DNA of 24,000 nucleotides from Jeotgalibacillus sp. JSM ZJ347 (GTDB taxonomy: Bacteria > Bacillota > Bacilli > Bacillales > Jeotgalibacillaceae): positions 53,095 through 77,094 of the forward strand of contig NZ_JBISEN010000005.1 of NCBI RefSeq assembly GCF_044383825.1, in the 5' to 3' direction. A program made the position numbers and the translations under genes. Positions 8,562-16,691 of the stretch are shown here, piece after piece; the first letter of the stretch is position 1; every line of letters begins with the position of its first letter. Below the pieces are notes generated by a model. The model was not told where the DNA came from and searched no databases. It saw only the letters and a program-made list of their open reading frames with translations.

Positions 8562-8990
8562 ATGAATGAATCACATCACGATGATATCGGATATCAGATA
8601 CAAAAAATATCTCATTCCATAAAATTGCTGCAAAATGACAGACTTCAAAGTGAAGGATTAAGTGTTTCTCATGTAAACGTCATGTTTGTTCTCTATGAAA
8701 AAGATGGAGTGAAACAATCTTACCTTCAACGCGAACTCGGAATTCGAGGTTCATCTTTATCCAAGCTGATCGATATTCTGATTCAAAAAGATTTAGTGTA
8801 TAAAAAATCCGTTGAACATGATGCCAGAACAAAACTGATTTATTTAACAAACCTGGGGAAAGAACGAAAAAGTCAACTTCAGCATATTCGATATGATTTG
8901 GAGAGCGAAGTCACACACCCGCTTACAAAAAAAGAAATTGATCAGATGCAAAAAATGTTGACTAAAATTAAGAATCACCTTGAGGGTTAG
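8562..8990 (+). CDS. MarR-family transcriptional regulator
   Basis: SHVNVMFVLYEKDGVKQSYLQRELGIRGSSLSKLIDILIQKDLVYKKSVEHDARTKLIYLT is a typical MarR wHTH. The start is chosen at ATG 8562 (MNESHH), with AAAGGA 7 nt upstream. The track start 8517 has no RBS. Confidence 0.85.
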   Translation: MNESHHDDIGYQIQKISHSIKLLQNDRLQSEGLSVSHVNVMFVLYEKDGVKQSYLQRELGIRGSSLSKLIDILIQKDLVYKKSVEHDARTKLIYLTNLGKERKSQLQHIRYDLESEVTHPLTKKEIDQMQKMLTKIKNHLEG

Positions 8991-9087
8991 TCTTTTTAAC
9001 TTAGAATCATAAGCGCCTCTATACCTTGCGTATCAAGCTTCTCTGCTACAATGGTTATCCAGACTTATATCACTTACTTTATAATCC

Positions 9088-9132
9088 CCCTGTCCTAAAC
9101 ACTTGCTAATGTTAAGAGTATGAAGGACAGGG
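9088..9132. repeat. Short copy of the CCCTGTCCT ... AGGACAGGG inverted-repeat element
   Basis: 9-bp perfect arms at 9088-9096 and 9124-9132, with a 27-nt loop. The terminal sequence CCCTGTCCTAAACA is the same as in the 23.7-kb copy. Confidence 0.55.
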
Positions 9133-9153
9133 AATAATTGATTAGCACAGAGT

Positions 9154-9393
9154 TTAAATCCCTCTATTATTCTCAATAGCTTCCAGTAAGTCGTTTTTTC
9201 TCAAACCATCCAAGCATGCATAAAATTGATTCTGTTTATTGTGATCCAAACGATAAATAGAATTCTGTATCTGCAGACCACATGAATCTAGTAAACTCAA
9301 ACTTTCAGTGATATATCCAATCCAGGTGCTAAAGATCAAAAATAGGATGATGAAAGAGACAATGAAGATGGAACCGGTGTTTATCACTTTCAT
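9154..9393 (-). CDS. Hypothetical small membrane-anchored protein
   Basis: A 79-aa ORF with one N-terminal hydrophobic helix (IFIVSFIILFLIFSTWIGYI). The RBS is weak. Confidence 0.45.
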   Translation of the reverse strand: MKVINTGSIFIVSFIILFLIFSTWIGYITESLSLLDSCGLQIQNSIYRLDHNKQNQFYACLDGLRKNDLLEAIENNRGI

Positions 9394-9421
9394 TGAATCA
9401 CTCTTTTAAGTTAACATTCAT

Positions 9422-9796
9422 TCACCAATGTGATTGAAGCTTATTTCCATTCAAATCATAGAAAATAAAATATTTATGACCCTGATCTTCATGTATGTCC
9501 TCCACCTGAACGTCATGATCAACTAGATGCTGGTGGAACGCTTCTAATTCCGGAACTGCAAAACCGAGGCTGAAAGCAGCGTCATTGTTGATTGTAAAAT
9601 GAATAAACGTTTCATTTTCAGTTGGTACCAGTGTAATTAAAAATGGCCCTTCGTCTATTTTAAAAATCGCGAATGGATCCTCAGTAATCGTTACTAATTC
9701 AAGTCCTAATACATTTTGATACCATCGAACAGACTGATCTAAGTCTCTAACGGGAATTCTTATGTAATGAAGATGTTGGATGAATGATTTACTCAA
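9422..9796 (-). CDS. VOC / glyoxalase-bleomycin-resistance family protein
   Basis: HYIRIPVRDLDQSVRWYQNVLGLEL is the typical VOC N-terminal beta-alpha-beta motif. The start is TTG, with AGGAGG 7 nt upstream. Confidence 0.75.
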   Translation of the reverse strand: MSKSFIQHLHYIRIPVRDLDQSVRWYQNVLGLELVTITEDPFAIFKIDEGPFLITLVPTENETFIHFTINNDAAFSLGFAVPELEAFHQHLVDHDVQVEDIHEDQGHKYFIFYDLNGNKLQSHW

Positions 9797-9968
9797 TGGG
9801 GTTCCTCCTATGAACCAATCAAATTATGCGAATACCTAACGCTTACTTTTAGTGATTTCATTGATTTTATTAATACCAATTATTTCAAATGTCGTGCTCC
9901 TGCACAATCTATTTATAGAATATTTCTATCATTTTATTTCATATAGCATTTAAAAGCCATTAAAAAAA

Positions 9969-9991
9969 GAACCTCCCATCCCAGGAGGTTC
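9969..9991 (-). terminator. Rho-independent terminator of the dehydrogenase/kinase/GntP operon
   Basis: Stem GAACCTCC / GGAGGTTC with a 7-nt loop. On the minus strand it is followed by T7 (plus-strand A-run 9962-9968). It lies 17 nt downstream of the stop at 10008. Confidence 0.75.
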
Positions 9992-10007
9992 CTCTCATCA
10001 ACTATTC

Positions 10008-11363
10008 TTAAAGTCCAGGCAGCACACCTGAGAACAAGCTCAAAATATACACCATCGTAAGCGCAGTCAGTCCAGCTAAGAACCCGCCAACTGTCCATGC
10101 CTTCAATGTCTGTGGAATCGTCAGCTTACCAAACTTGTTCACAACCCAGAAGCCTGAGTCGTTCGGAAGTGACAGTCCGATTGCGCCGGCACAGATCGCA
10201 AGTCCAAGTAATACTGGTGCGACGCCAAGGTCTACTGCCAGTGGTCCCATAATGCTTGATGTTGTTACAAGCGCAACGGTTGCTGATCCGAGTGATGCAC
10301 GAAGGATCTGTGAGAAAATGAATGCAAGTAATAGGACCGGAATGCTCCAGCTCTGCATCGTTGCGATCAGGTGGTCACCGATACCACTCTGGTTGATAAC
10401 CGCTCCGAACGCACCACCAGCACCCGTTACAAGAATAATCAGTCCGGCAGAGTTAATTGCTTCTGTATAAAGCTCCTGCTTTGGCGTTCTGATGTAAGGC
10501 TGCAGCACAATGATTGCGACAATTACACTGATAAACAGGGCAACGTTTTTATCCCCGATAAAACCTAATGTTGAAGCAAACACACCTTCAGGCACAAACA
10601 GCTTTGAAATTGTATTTACTAAAATCAAGACAATCGGAAGACCAAGCATCGCAAATGATAGCCCTGTGCTGATCTGCTTGCGCGGCGCTGCTTCCTCAAC
10701 TGTTGCTGCTGCTTCTTCAGTCTCGTCAGTTGTAACGCCTGATTTCACGTGCTTACCAATAAACATCCCGTACAGATATCCACCAACCAATGTTGCAGGA
10801 ATCGCACAGATAATACCGTATAAAATAAATAGTCCAAGATCAGATCCTGTATTTTCAGCAACCACCAGTGGTCCCGGTGTTGGCGCGATCATACTGTGTG
10901 ACACGATCAGGCCTACCCCAAGTGCTGTTACGAATGACACGATGGAGATCCCTGTTTTCTTTGACAGACTCTTGATCAGTCCGCTCAAAATCACGAAGGC
11001 CGCATCAAAGAATACTGGAATCGATACAGCTGTTCCTGTCAGTGCAAGGCCTGCAGGTGATTTTTGTACACCGAATACGCGAAGGACTGCCTGTGCAATC
11101 CTTTCAATTGCGCCTGATGCTGCGAGAAATTGACCAAATACGACCCCAAGACCGATTAAGATCCCAACACCAGTCAGTGTTGCGCCAAATCCGCCTGCGA
11201 CAATGCCCGGCACTTCAGCAACCGGAATCCCAATCACTAACGCCGTTCCAAGTGCTACCCCGATCAATGCTAAAAACGGTTCAAGCTTTAATTTTAGAAT
11301 CAGGAAGAATAACGCCCCTAATGAAAGTAAAAAGATCAGAATCAGCATATTGCCTGTTAACAT
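10008..11363 (-). CDS. GntP-family permease (gluconate / acid-sugar:H+ symporter family)
   Basis: A polytopic protein of about 451 aa with a typical GntP N-terminus (LILIFLLSLGALFFLILKLKLEPFLALIGVALG). The start is chosen at ATG 11363, with GGGGGA 7 nt upstream. TTG 11384 and ATG 11378 are alternatives. Confidence 0.8.
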   Translation of the reverse strand: MLTGNMLILIFLLSLGALFFLILKLKLEPFLALIGVALGTALVIGIPVAEVPGIVAGGFGATLTGVGILIGLGVVFGQFLAASGAIERIAQAVLRVFGVQKSPAGLALTGTAVSIPVFFDAAFVILSGLIKSLSKKTGISIVSFVTALGVGLIVSHSMIAPTPGPLVVAENTGSDLGLFILYGIICAIPATLVGGYLYGMFIGKHVKSGVTTDETEEAAATVEEAAPRKQISTGLSFAMLGLPIVLILVNTISKLFVPEGVFASTLGFIGDKNVALFISVIVAIIVLQPYIRTPKQELYTEAINSAGLIILVTGAGGAFGAVINQSGIGDHLIATMQSWSIPVLLLAFIFSQILRASLGSATVALVTTSSIMGPLAVDLGVAPVLLGLAICAGAIGLSLPNDSGFWVVNKFGKLTIPQTLKAWTVGGFLAGLTALTMVYILSLFSGVLPGL

Positions 11364-11386
11364 ATTAATTTCCCCCATTCCCAATG

Positions 11387-12805
11387 TTAGTTTATTTGTT
11401 TCTGCTCAAGCAGTTCAACTACTTCTTTTAATGTCTCAATCTGTCCAACATTTCCCGGGAAGATGACGTACGGGATATGCGGGAATGTACTGCCCTCATC
11501 TGTTTCCCATACCGGAATCCCCGGTGCGACCTGTCCTTTGACAATGGCACGCTTGACCTGAAGACCATTTGTACCAACGTCACTTGATGTGATCCCGCCT
11601 TTAGCAATCACATAATTCGGTGTGACTGAAAGCGTGCGGACGATATTTGTGAGGGCCAGTGAGATCTCAACTGACAGTGCAAGCTCTTCTTCCTTCATGC
11701 CTTCTCCAAGGTCCAGACGCTCGCGGCGGGTGTAGATCACGGCTGTGACGCCTGAAGCAATCGCATCTTCAGCTTCTTTTTTCACACGTGCCACTTCTTC
11801 ATCAAATGCTGTCTTTTCAAGCACCAGGTGACTGTTGAATTGGATAAATACCGGTGCATCTAGCTCCATTAGTGCTTCAAGCTGTTCAGTCGTCTTTTTC
11901 ACGTGAGAGCCAATCACGACTAACCCACCATTCACTGAATCCTCCTGAATCAGTTCACTACGCGTCAAAAGTTTTCTTGTAGACACATTGCCAATCACCT
12001 TTGTAAATGTAGCGGCCGTCCGGTAAAGATAAGTCTTACCTTTTTGTAGCGCTTTCATTAATGCGATTGTAAAGACGCGTACATCCTGCTCCTCGATCGC
12101 ATTTACCACAACCTTCTGAAAATTCTTCACTGCAAGCAGCTGCGCTTCAATCTCATCAATCGCAAAGCTGCGGATCGACTCAAGTGAGATTGTCGTGACA
12201 TCCTCTGCTTTATAAGCACCCTTAGTCTTTTCTTCCACCCACTCAGTCAGGTCACTTGCCTGATAGCCAAACGTCCGGTCACCAGCAAACTCAGTTTCTC
12301 CTGCCGGAATCAGTTCTTCATCTTGTTGAACGTAATGCACATTATCAATCGTCAGGCGTCCGCCCTGCTCGAAAAATGGGAGGATTACTTCCCCATCCAT
12401 CTCACCAAGCTCCTGGCGCATCACATCTGTCTCAAGCGGATAATGTCCGCGAAGCGTTGAGTCACCTCGGCTGATAATGAGAAATGGCTGGTTGAACGCT
12501 GCTGCCGTTTCCTTCACTCGTTGCGCAATCGTGCGGTGCACCTCTTCTGTTTTCTGGGCGCTGAACGCTCTTGAATTCGTCAGGATAAAGAAGATCTGAT
12601 TGTCTTCCTGAAACCCGCGCTCAATCGTTTCCTTCTCCCAGTCCGTATAGACCGATACACTATGCACCGTCTGAACGCCTGTCGGATCATCATCAAGGAC
12701 GACAATTTTATGTTTAAATGACTCATACGTTTTTGCATATTCACTGTTGACCTGATTGGCATCAAGTTTCGGATAATCTTTGATCTGTTGAAGTGTTAAT
12801 GTCAT
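11387..12805 (-). CDS. Four-carbon acid-sugar kinase family protein (DUF1537; OtnK/DtnK-like)
   Basis: The N-terminal sequence KIVVLDDDPTGVQTVH matches the DDxTG motif of DUF1537 kinases. Its ATGA overlaps the upstream dehydrogenase gene. The context matches E. coli ygbJ-ygbK-...-ygbN. Confidence 0.7.
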   Translation of the reverse strand: MTLTLQQIKDYPKLDANQVNSEYAKTYESFKHKIVVLDDDPTGVQTVHSVSVYTDWEKETIERGFQEDNQIFFILTNSRAFSAQKTEEVHRTIAQRVKETAAAFNQPFLIISRGDSTLRGHYPLETDVMRQELGEMDGEVILPFFEQGGRLTIDNVHYVQQDEELIPAGETEFAGDRTFGYQASDLTEWVEEKTKGAYKAEDVTTISLESIRSFAIDEIEAQLLAVKNFQKVVVNAIEEQDVRVFTIALMKALQKGKTYLYRTAATFTKVIGNVSTRKLLTRSELIQEDSVNGGLVVIGSHVKKTTEQLEALMELDAPVFIQFNSHLVLEKTAFDEEVARVKKEAEDAIASGVTAVIYTRRERLDLGEGMKEEELALSVEISLALTNIVRTLSVTPNYVIAKGGITSSDVGTNGLQVKRAIVKGQVAPGIPVWETDEGSTFPHIPYVIFPGNVGQIETLKEVVELLEQKQIN

Positions 12806-13701
12806 TTTGCATTCACTTCCTTCTGCACTTTGACACCTGCAAGCTTTTCATAATGCTGCACAAGACCGCCGTGGTCATCTGCCCCTTTACCTTCAGCCTT
12901 CATCTCTTCATACATTTCAAGCACCTGACCCGACAGTGGAAGTGATACGCCGAGTGCGCTGCCTGTATCCAGTACATTTGTTAAGTCTTTTGCATTAATA
13001 TCAATGCGGCCGCCTGCGACAAAGTTACGCTCTAAAATGAGTGGTACCTTTGCATCAAGTACTGCACTGCCTGCCAGTCCTCCACGGATCGCCTGATACA
13101 TCTTCTCCACATCAATTCCTGCTTTTGCCGCAAGCACCAGTGCCTCTGACATCGCAGCAATATTCACATTCACCATAATCTGATTCGCAAGCTTCGCTGT
13201 TGTGCCTGATCCTGTGTCACCAACAAGGATAATCTGTCCGCCCATTGCCTCAAGTGCCGGGTAAGCCTTTTCATAAATGTCCGGCTGACCGCCTGCCATA
13301 ATCGCAAGCGTACCATCAATTGCTTTTGGCTCCCCGCCGCTCACTGGTGCGTCGATAAAATGAACACCTTTTTCAGCAAGCTGCGCTGCAAACTGCTTTG
13401 AATAAACAGGTGAGATTGAACTCATATCTACAACAATTGCACCCTGCTTCACTGCTTCCGCTACACCATTTTCACCGAAAAGTACGGCTTCAACGTGCGG
13501 GTGAGCTGGCAGCATGGTGAAAATCACGTCCTGCCCCTCTGCTGTTTCTGCTGGTGACATGGCCGGTTTTGCCCCAAGCGCTGCAAGTTCCTGAATCGCT
13601 GCTGTATTTAAATCGAATACTGTCACGTCGAAATCTGCTGCAAGCAAATTCTTCGCCATCGGTTTTCCCATAATCCCAAGTCCAATAAATCCAATTCTCA
13701 T
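12802..13701 (-). CDS. NAD-dependent beta-hydroxyacid dehydrogenase (tartronate-semialdehyde reductase / L-threonate dehydrogenase-like)
   Basis: MRIGFIGLGIMGKPMAKNL is the Rossmann motif. DAPVSGG and TAKLANQ are motifs of the 3-hydroxyisobutyrate dehydrogenase family. AAAGGAG RBS. Confidence 0.8.
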   Translation of the reverse strand: MRIGFIGLGIMGKPMAKNLLAADFDVTVFDLNTAAIQELAALGAKPAMSPAETAEGQDVIFTMLPAHPHVEAVLFGENGVAEAVKQGAIVVDMSSISPVYSKQFAAQLAEKGVHFIDAPVSGGEPKAIDGTLAIMAGGQPDIYEKAYPALEAMGGQIILVGDTGSGTTAKLANQIMVNVNIAAMSEALVLAAKAGIDVEKMYQAIRGGLAGSAVLDAKVPLILERNFVAGGRIDINAKDLTNVLDTGSALGVSLPLSGQVLEMYEEMKAEGKGADDHGGLVQHYEKLAGVKVQKEVNAK

Positions 13702-13750
13702 TGTAAAAACTCCTTTCTAAATGTAAAGGCTTTCATGAATTAGTTCGATT

Positions 13751-13798
13751 GTACACGATTATTTTATTTTTGTATACAATTTATTTTAAAAAGTATAC
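13751..13798. promoter_or_regulatory. Three GTA(T/C)AC half-palindromic boxes (TTGTACACGA, TTGTATACAA, AAGTATACAA), candidate GntR operators
   Basis: TTGTATACAA (13770-13779) is a perfect 10-bp palindrome. Related boxes lie at 13751-13756 and 13793-13798. All three are in the divergent region between the GntR gene and the dehydrogenase operon. Confidence 0.45.
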
Positions 13799-13965
13799 AA
13801 AATGATTTTATCCAACATTTCCATCTGCCCATTTTCACGCTATACTTAAGGCAGGACTTAATAAGGGATGTAACCGAACCTTTACAGATAGAGGAGGAGT
13901 GGCGCTGCCCGGCTGATCGATTGACACATCCAGATCCATCACCCCGAGCAGCAGCCCCGAAGCGT

Positions 13966-14574
13966 ATGTCAAAACCATCATCATCTGCCTACGTACTCGC
14001 GTATGAAACGATCCGTGACAGAATTCTAAACGGAGAATTAGAAGGCGGAACAAAATTAACAGAAGAACGCCTTGCTGAAGAACTCGGCGTCAGCCGTACA
14101 CCCATCAGAGAATCCATCAGGCGGCTTGAGCAGGAAGGCTTAATCAAAAAGAAACGCGTCGTCAAACCAACCGAAAGCGACCTACGCCACATGTTCCAGG
14201 TACGCATGATCCTAGAAGGTCACGCCGCCAGAACCGCAGCCGCCTACATGACAGACGACGAACTCACAGCACTCGCCGAATGTATCCACGTCGGCCGCAC
14301 CGGCACCATCGAAGAAATCATGAAAGCCAATAAACAATTCCACGACTTAATTGTTCAAGCAAGTCGCAACCCTGTCATGATTGATATCATTGATCAGATG
14401 CAGTCGATTATTTATCTGTTCAGAAAAACCGTTGTGTATCATAAGAGACCTGGGTTGATTGATGAGCATGAGGAGATTTATGAAGCGATTAAGGGTAGAG
14501 ATGCTGAGAAGGCTGAGGAATTGATGAAGAAGCATTTGCAGGCGGATTTGGATTTTTCGGTGCATGTATTGTAA
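13966..14574 (+). CDS. GntR-family (FadR/FCD subfamily) transcriptional regulator
   Basis: YETIRDRILNGELEGGTKLTEERLAEELGVSRTPIRESIRRLEQEGLI is the GntR wHTH, and the helical C-terminal part is FCD-like. I prefer ATG 13966. The track's TTG 13921 start adds a Pro/Ala-rich extension, and neither start has a good RBS. Confidence 0.8.
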   Translation: MSKPSSSAYVLAYETIRDRILNGELEGGTKLTEERLAEELGVSRTPIRESIRRLEQEGLIKKKRVVKPTESDLRHMFQVRMILEGHAARTAAAYMTDDELTALAECIHVGRTGTIEEIMKANKQFHDLIVQASRNPVMIDIIDQMQSIIYLFRKTVVYHKRPGLIDEHEEIYEAIKGRDAEKAEELMKKHLQADLDFSVHVL

Positions 14575-14615
14575 TAGGAAAAAGCGTTGATTGGGGATCA
14601 ACGCTTTTTCCTATT
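14573..14615. terminator. Bidirectional rho-independent terminator (19-bp perfect stem)
   Basis: AATAGGAAAAAGCGTTGAT-tgggg-ATCAACGCTTTTTCCTATT. A-run/T-run flanks are built into the stem. It serves the GntR gene (+) and probably the 598-aa gene (-). Confidence 0.85.
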
Positions 14616-14667
14616 ACATTCTAGATCTTATAAAGACCACAAGCACAGGAGCAAACTTTGTGTAATT

Positions 14668-16464
14668 TTATTTAATTAACGCTTGAAAAGCTTTATATAT
14701 AGGAAGATTACTCAAAGCCTCTTGCTCCGTTTTACTCAAGGAATTAAATATTTTATTTGACTTATGCTTATTTCCTAATATAACCTCACATGCAAAACAT
14801 ATTGAGCTTTCGCTTTTCTTCTCCGCTTTTTCAAGTATTTCAAAGATCTCTTGCTCATCTTTAGTACTTAACTGAATTCTTTTCTTTATTTTTATCAAAT
14901 TGATATTAATTTTTGCTATATCGCTTTCTGGATCCTTTTCTAAATACCCTTCATTGAGTTCTAAAGCCAAATCTAAATATCTTTCATCATTGATTGAATC
15001 ATAATAATTTATACAATCCAAAGATTTGTTTATAGTAACGTCAGATTCAATGTCATGAAACTCCTCAGTGAAAGATAATTTAAATATATCAAAATTAAAA
15101 TTTGCCATTTCTTCTAAATCATTTATTTTTTCTGGAGTAAATATACTTACTTTCCAATACTTATCGTTCCAATCATTTCCCTTCCACTCACTAAATTCTT
15201 GTTCAAATTTTATTTCACTTTTGGGAGTAAATCCTCCCACTATAGACAATGCTTCTTTGCTAAACATATTAATAAATTTATTTCCGCTATACATAACCTT
15301 TATTTTTATATAATTTGATAACTCTAGATTAAATATCATATCTTCTATTTTAAAGTCTTTCTCAAAATTAATACGATCTAACTTTTTATCATTAAAAATT
15401 TCTATAATATCAGTAAAAAGATGCTCTAAGTCCTCGTTCTTATCAAACTCATAATTTGCACTAATTCCTATTTGATTAAAAATGTTTTTCATTTCTTCAT
15501 AAAACTTTATATCAGTTGACAAATTATCAAATAAGTCTTTTTCTGTTATAGTTACACCCAGGTTAATCTTATTAAAAGGTAGTTTACCTTTTTCGATGTG
15601 ATATTTAATGAAATACAAGCATTTCAAGTATGAATCGATCGATTTTATTTTATCTATATGTAACTTACCTGTTTTCACCTCTTTATAGACCTCGAGAGTT
15701 AATGTGTTTTCTATAATTACTATGATCTTATCTTCTGATTCTCTTATATTGTAATTAATCACCAAGCTATTATTGTCTATTTCAACCACTTCAAAATTAC
15801 CCATTTTAATCTCTTTTAGTAGTACAGAATTAAGAGGAATCTCATAATTATTTAAAATTCCGTACAAATAAACGCTCTCTTCAAACAAATTATAGCCCTC
15901 TTTATCAGTATCATGGAAACGGATCTTATAATTGGTGAAATCTTTTTCGTGAGATGCCTCAATTAAATGTTTTGGCTGGCTTTCTACTACTCTCAAAGTG
16001 TTAATGCAGATTGATTCTAGTTCTCCTATATTCAAAACTTTAAATGATATTGAGATCGTTTCATTACCGCTATTCTTAAGTTGATATAGTATACCTTTTA
16101 AATCTAACGGTGCAAGTCTTCTATAATATGCTTGCTTTGCTCGTGTGGCTTTATTTATGGTAACTACAAAGTAAAGTACACCTTGCCCATCTTTGTAATA
16201 GACCTCTAAGTCTTTTTTGGCGACACTATGTTTTATTTTATTTTTTTTATTTACTTTTTTAAAAGTTGTTGTTCCTTTTACTTGAACAGGAACTCTCCCT
16301 TTAAAATTAGCTTTTTCTATAGCACCATTATATATCTCAACATCACCATCAAATGAGAGCCCTTTGTCGTTCCACTTTACATTACTAATTAATCTGTATG
16401 GTGGTTGCAGTATATGATAGTTAATCTCCATACAAGCTAAGTGCTCAATAATCACCTTATCCAT
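14668..16464 (-). CDS. 598-aa hypothetical protein; N-terminal DUF4365 / PD-(D/E)xK nuclease-like domain plus about 430 aa of unassigned, partly helical sequence (candidate effector of the RT locus)
   Basis: Residues about 7-65 read EHLACME...NDKGLSFDGDVEIY...GRVPVQVKGTT. That gives the E ... DxGxD ... QxK arrangement I associate with DUF4365 and Mrr-like restriction-endonuclease folds. The protein is Lys/Asn/Ile-rich and the gene is very AT-rich. GAGGTG RBS. The domain assignment is from memory of the family pattern, not from a search. Confidence 0.6.
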   Translation of the reverse strand: MDKVIIEHLACMEINYHILQPPYRLISNVKWNDKGLSFDGDVEIYNGAIEKANFKGRVPVQVKGTTTFKKVNKKNKIKHSVAKKDLEVYYKDGQGVLYFVVTINKATRAKQAYYRRLAPLDLKGILYQLKNSGNETISISFKVLNIGELESICINTLRVVESQPKHLIEASHEKDFTNYKIRFHDTDKEGYNLFEESVYLYGILNNYEIPLNSVLLKEIKMGNFEVVEIDNNSLVINYNIRESEDKIIVIIENTLTLEVYKEVKTGKLHIDKIKSIDSYLKCLYFIKYHIEKGKLPFNKINLGVTITEKDLFDNLSTDIKFYEEMKNIFNQIGISANYEFDKNEDLEHLFTDIIEIFNDKKLDRINFEKDFKIEDMIFNLELSNYIKIKVMYSGNKFINMFSKEALSIVGGFTPKSEIKFEQEFSEWKGNDWNDKYWKVSIFTPEKINDLEEMANFNFDIFKLSFTEEFHDIESDVTINKSLDCINYYDSINDERYLDLALELNEGYLEKDPESDIAKININLIKIKKRIQLSTKDEQEIFEILEKAEKKSESSICFACEVILGNKHKSNKIFNSLSKTEQEALSNLPIYKAFQALIK

Positions 16465-16508
16465 TATTCACCTCTAAAAATAATTATTTGATAAATAAAA
16501 AATGATAA

Positions 16509-16526
16509 AGAAGGAAAAATCCTTCT
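16509..16526 (-). terminator. Terminator-like hairpin between the short RT gene and the 598-aa gene
   Basis: AGAAGGA-aaaa-TCCTTCT. On the minus strand the stem is followed by TTATCATTTTTTATTTATC (U-rich). It lies 45 nt upstream of the 598-aa start codon. The stem is short and AT-rich, so its strength is uncertain. Confidence 0.4.
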
Positions 16527-16567
16527 GTTCTGAGAAAAGCTTGTATATATACTATGATTTAATTAAA

Positions 16568-16609
16568 ATTCAGAAGTCATACAGAATTAATGTATATTTA
16601 CTTCGAAAT
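16568..16609. repeat. Core hairpin of the dispersed repeat family, inside the RT locus spacer
   Basis: ATTCAGAAGTCATACAGAAT matches 23753-23772 ATTCAGAAGTCATATAGAAT at 19 of 20 positions. The partner arm ACTTCGAAAT (16600-16609) lies 22 nt away, the same arm spacing as in the 23.7-kb copy. Confidence 0.55.
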
Positions 16610-16691
16610 GTGAATTTGAAATGAGTCTTAAAAAGCATTATCAAAATAGGGAGAGACTTCTATTATTACTTTTATAGTACATAATTAAAAA

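Noticed and set aside
10135-11466. Track ORFs 10135..10470, 10371..10568, 10510..11133, 11042..11368 and 11203..11466 (all +)
   Set aside because: They are antisense shadow ORFs of the GntP permease gene. Pro/Ser/Thr/Ala-rich translations of this kind are typical of the reverse strand of a hydrophobic membrane-protein gene.
12256-14601. Track ORFs 12256..12474(+), 12580..12765(-), 13835..14053(-), 13989..14207(-) and 14347..14601(-)
   Set aside because: They overlap the kinase gene or the GntR gene, out of frame or antisense, without RBSs. 13835..14053 also spans the promoter region.
15068-15313. Track ORF 15068..15313(+) inside the 598-aa gene
   Set aside because: It is an antisense shadow ORF in AT-rich sequence, with a low-complexity translation and no RBS.
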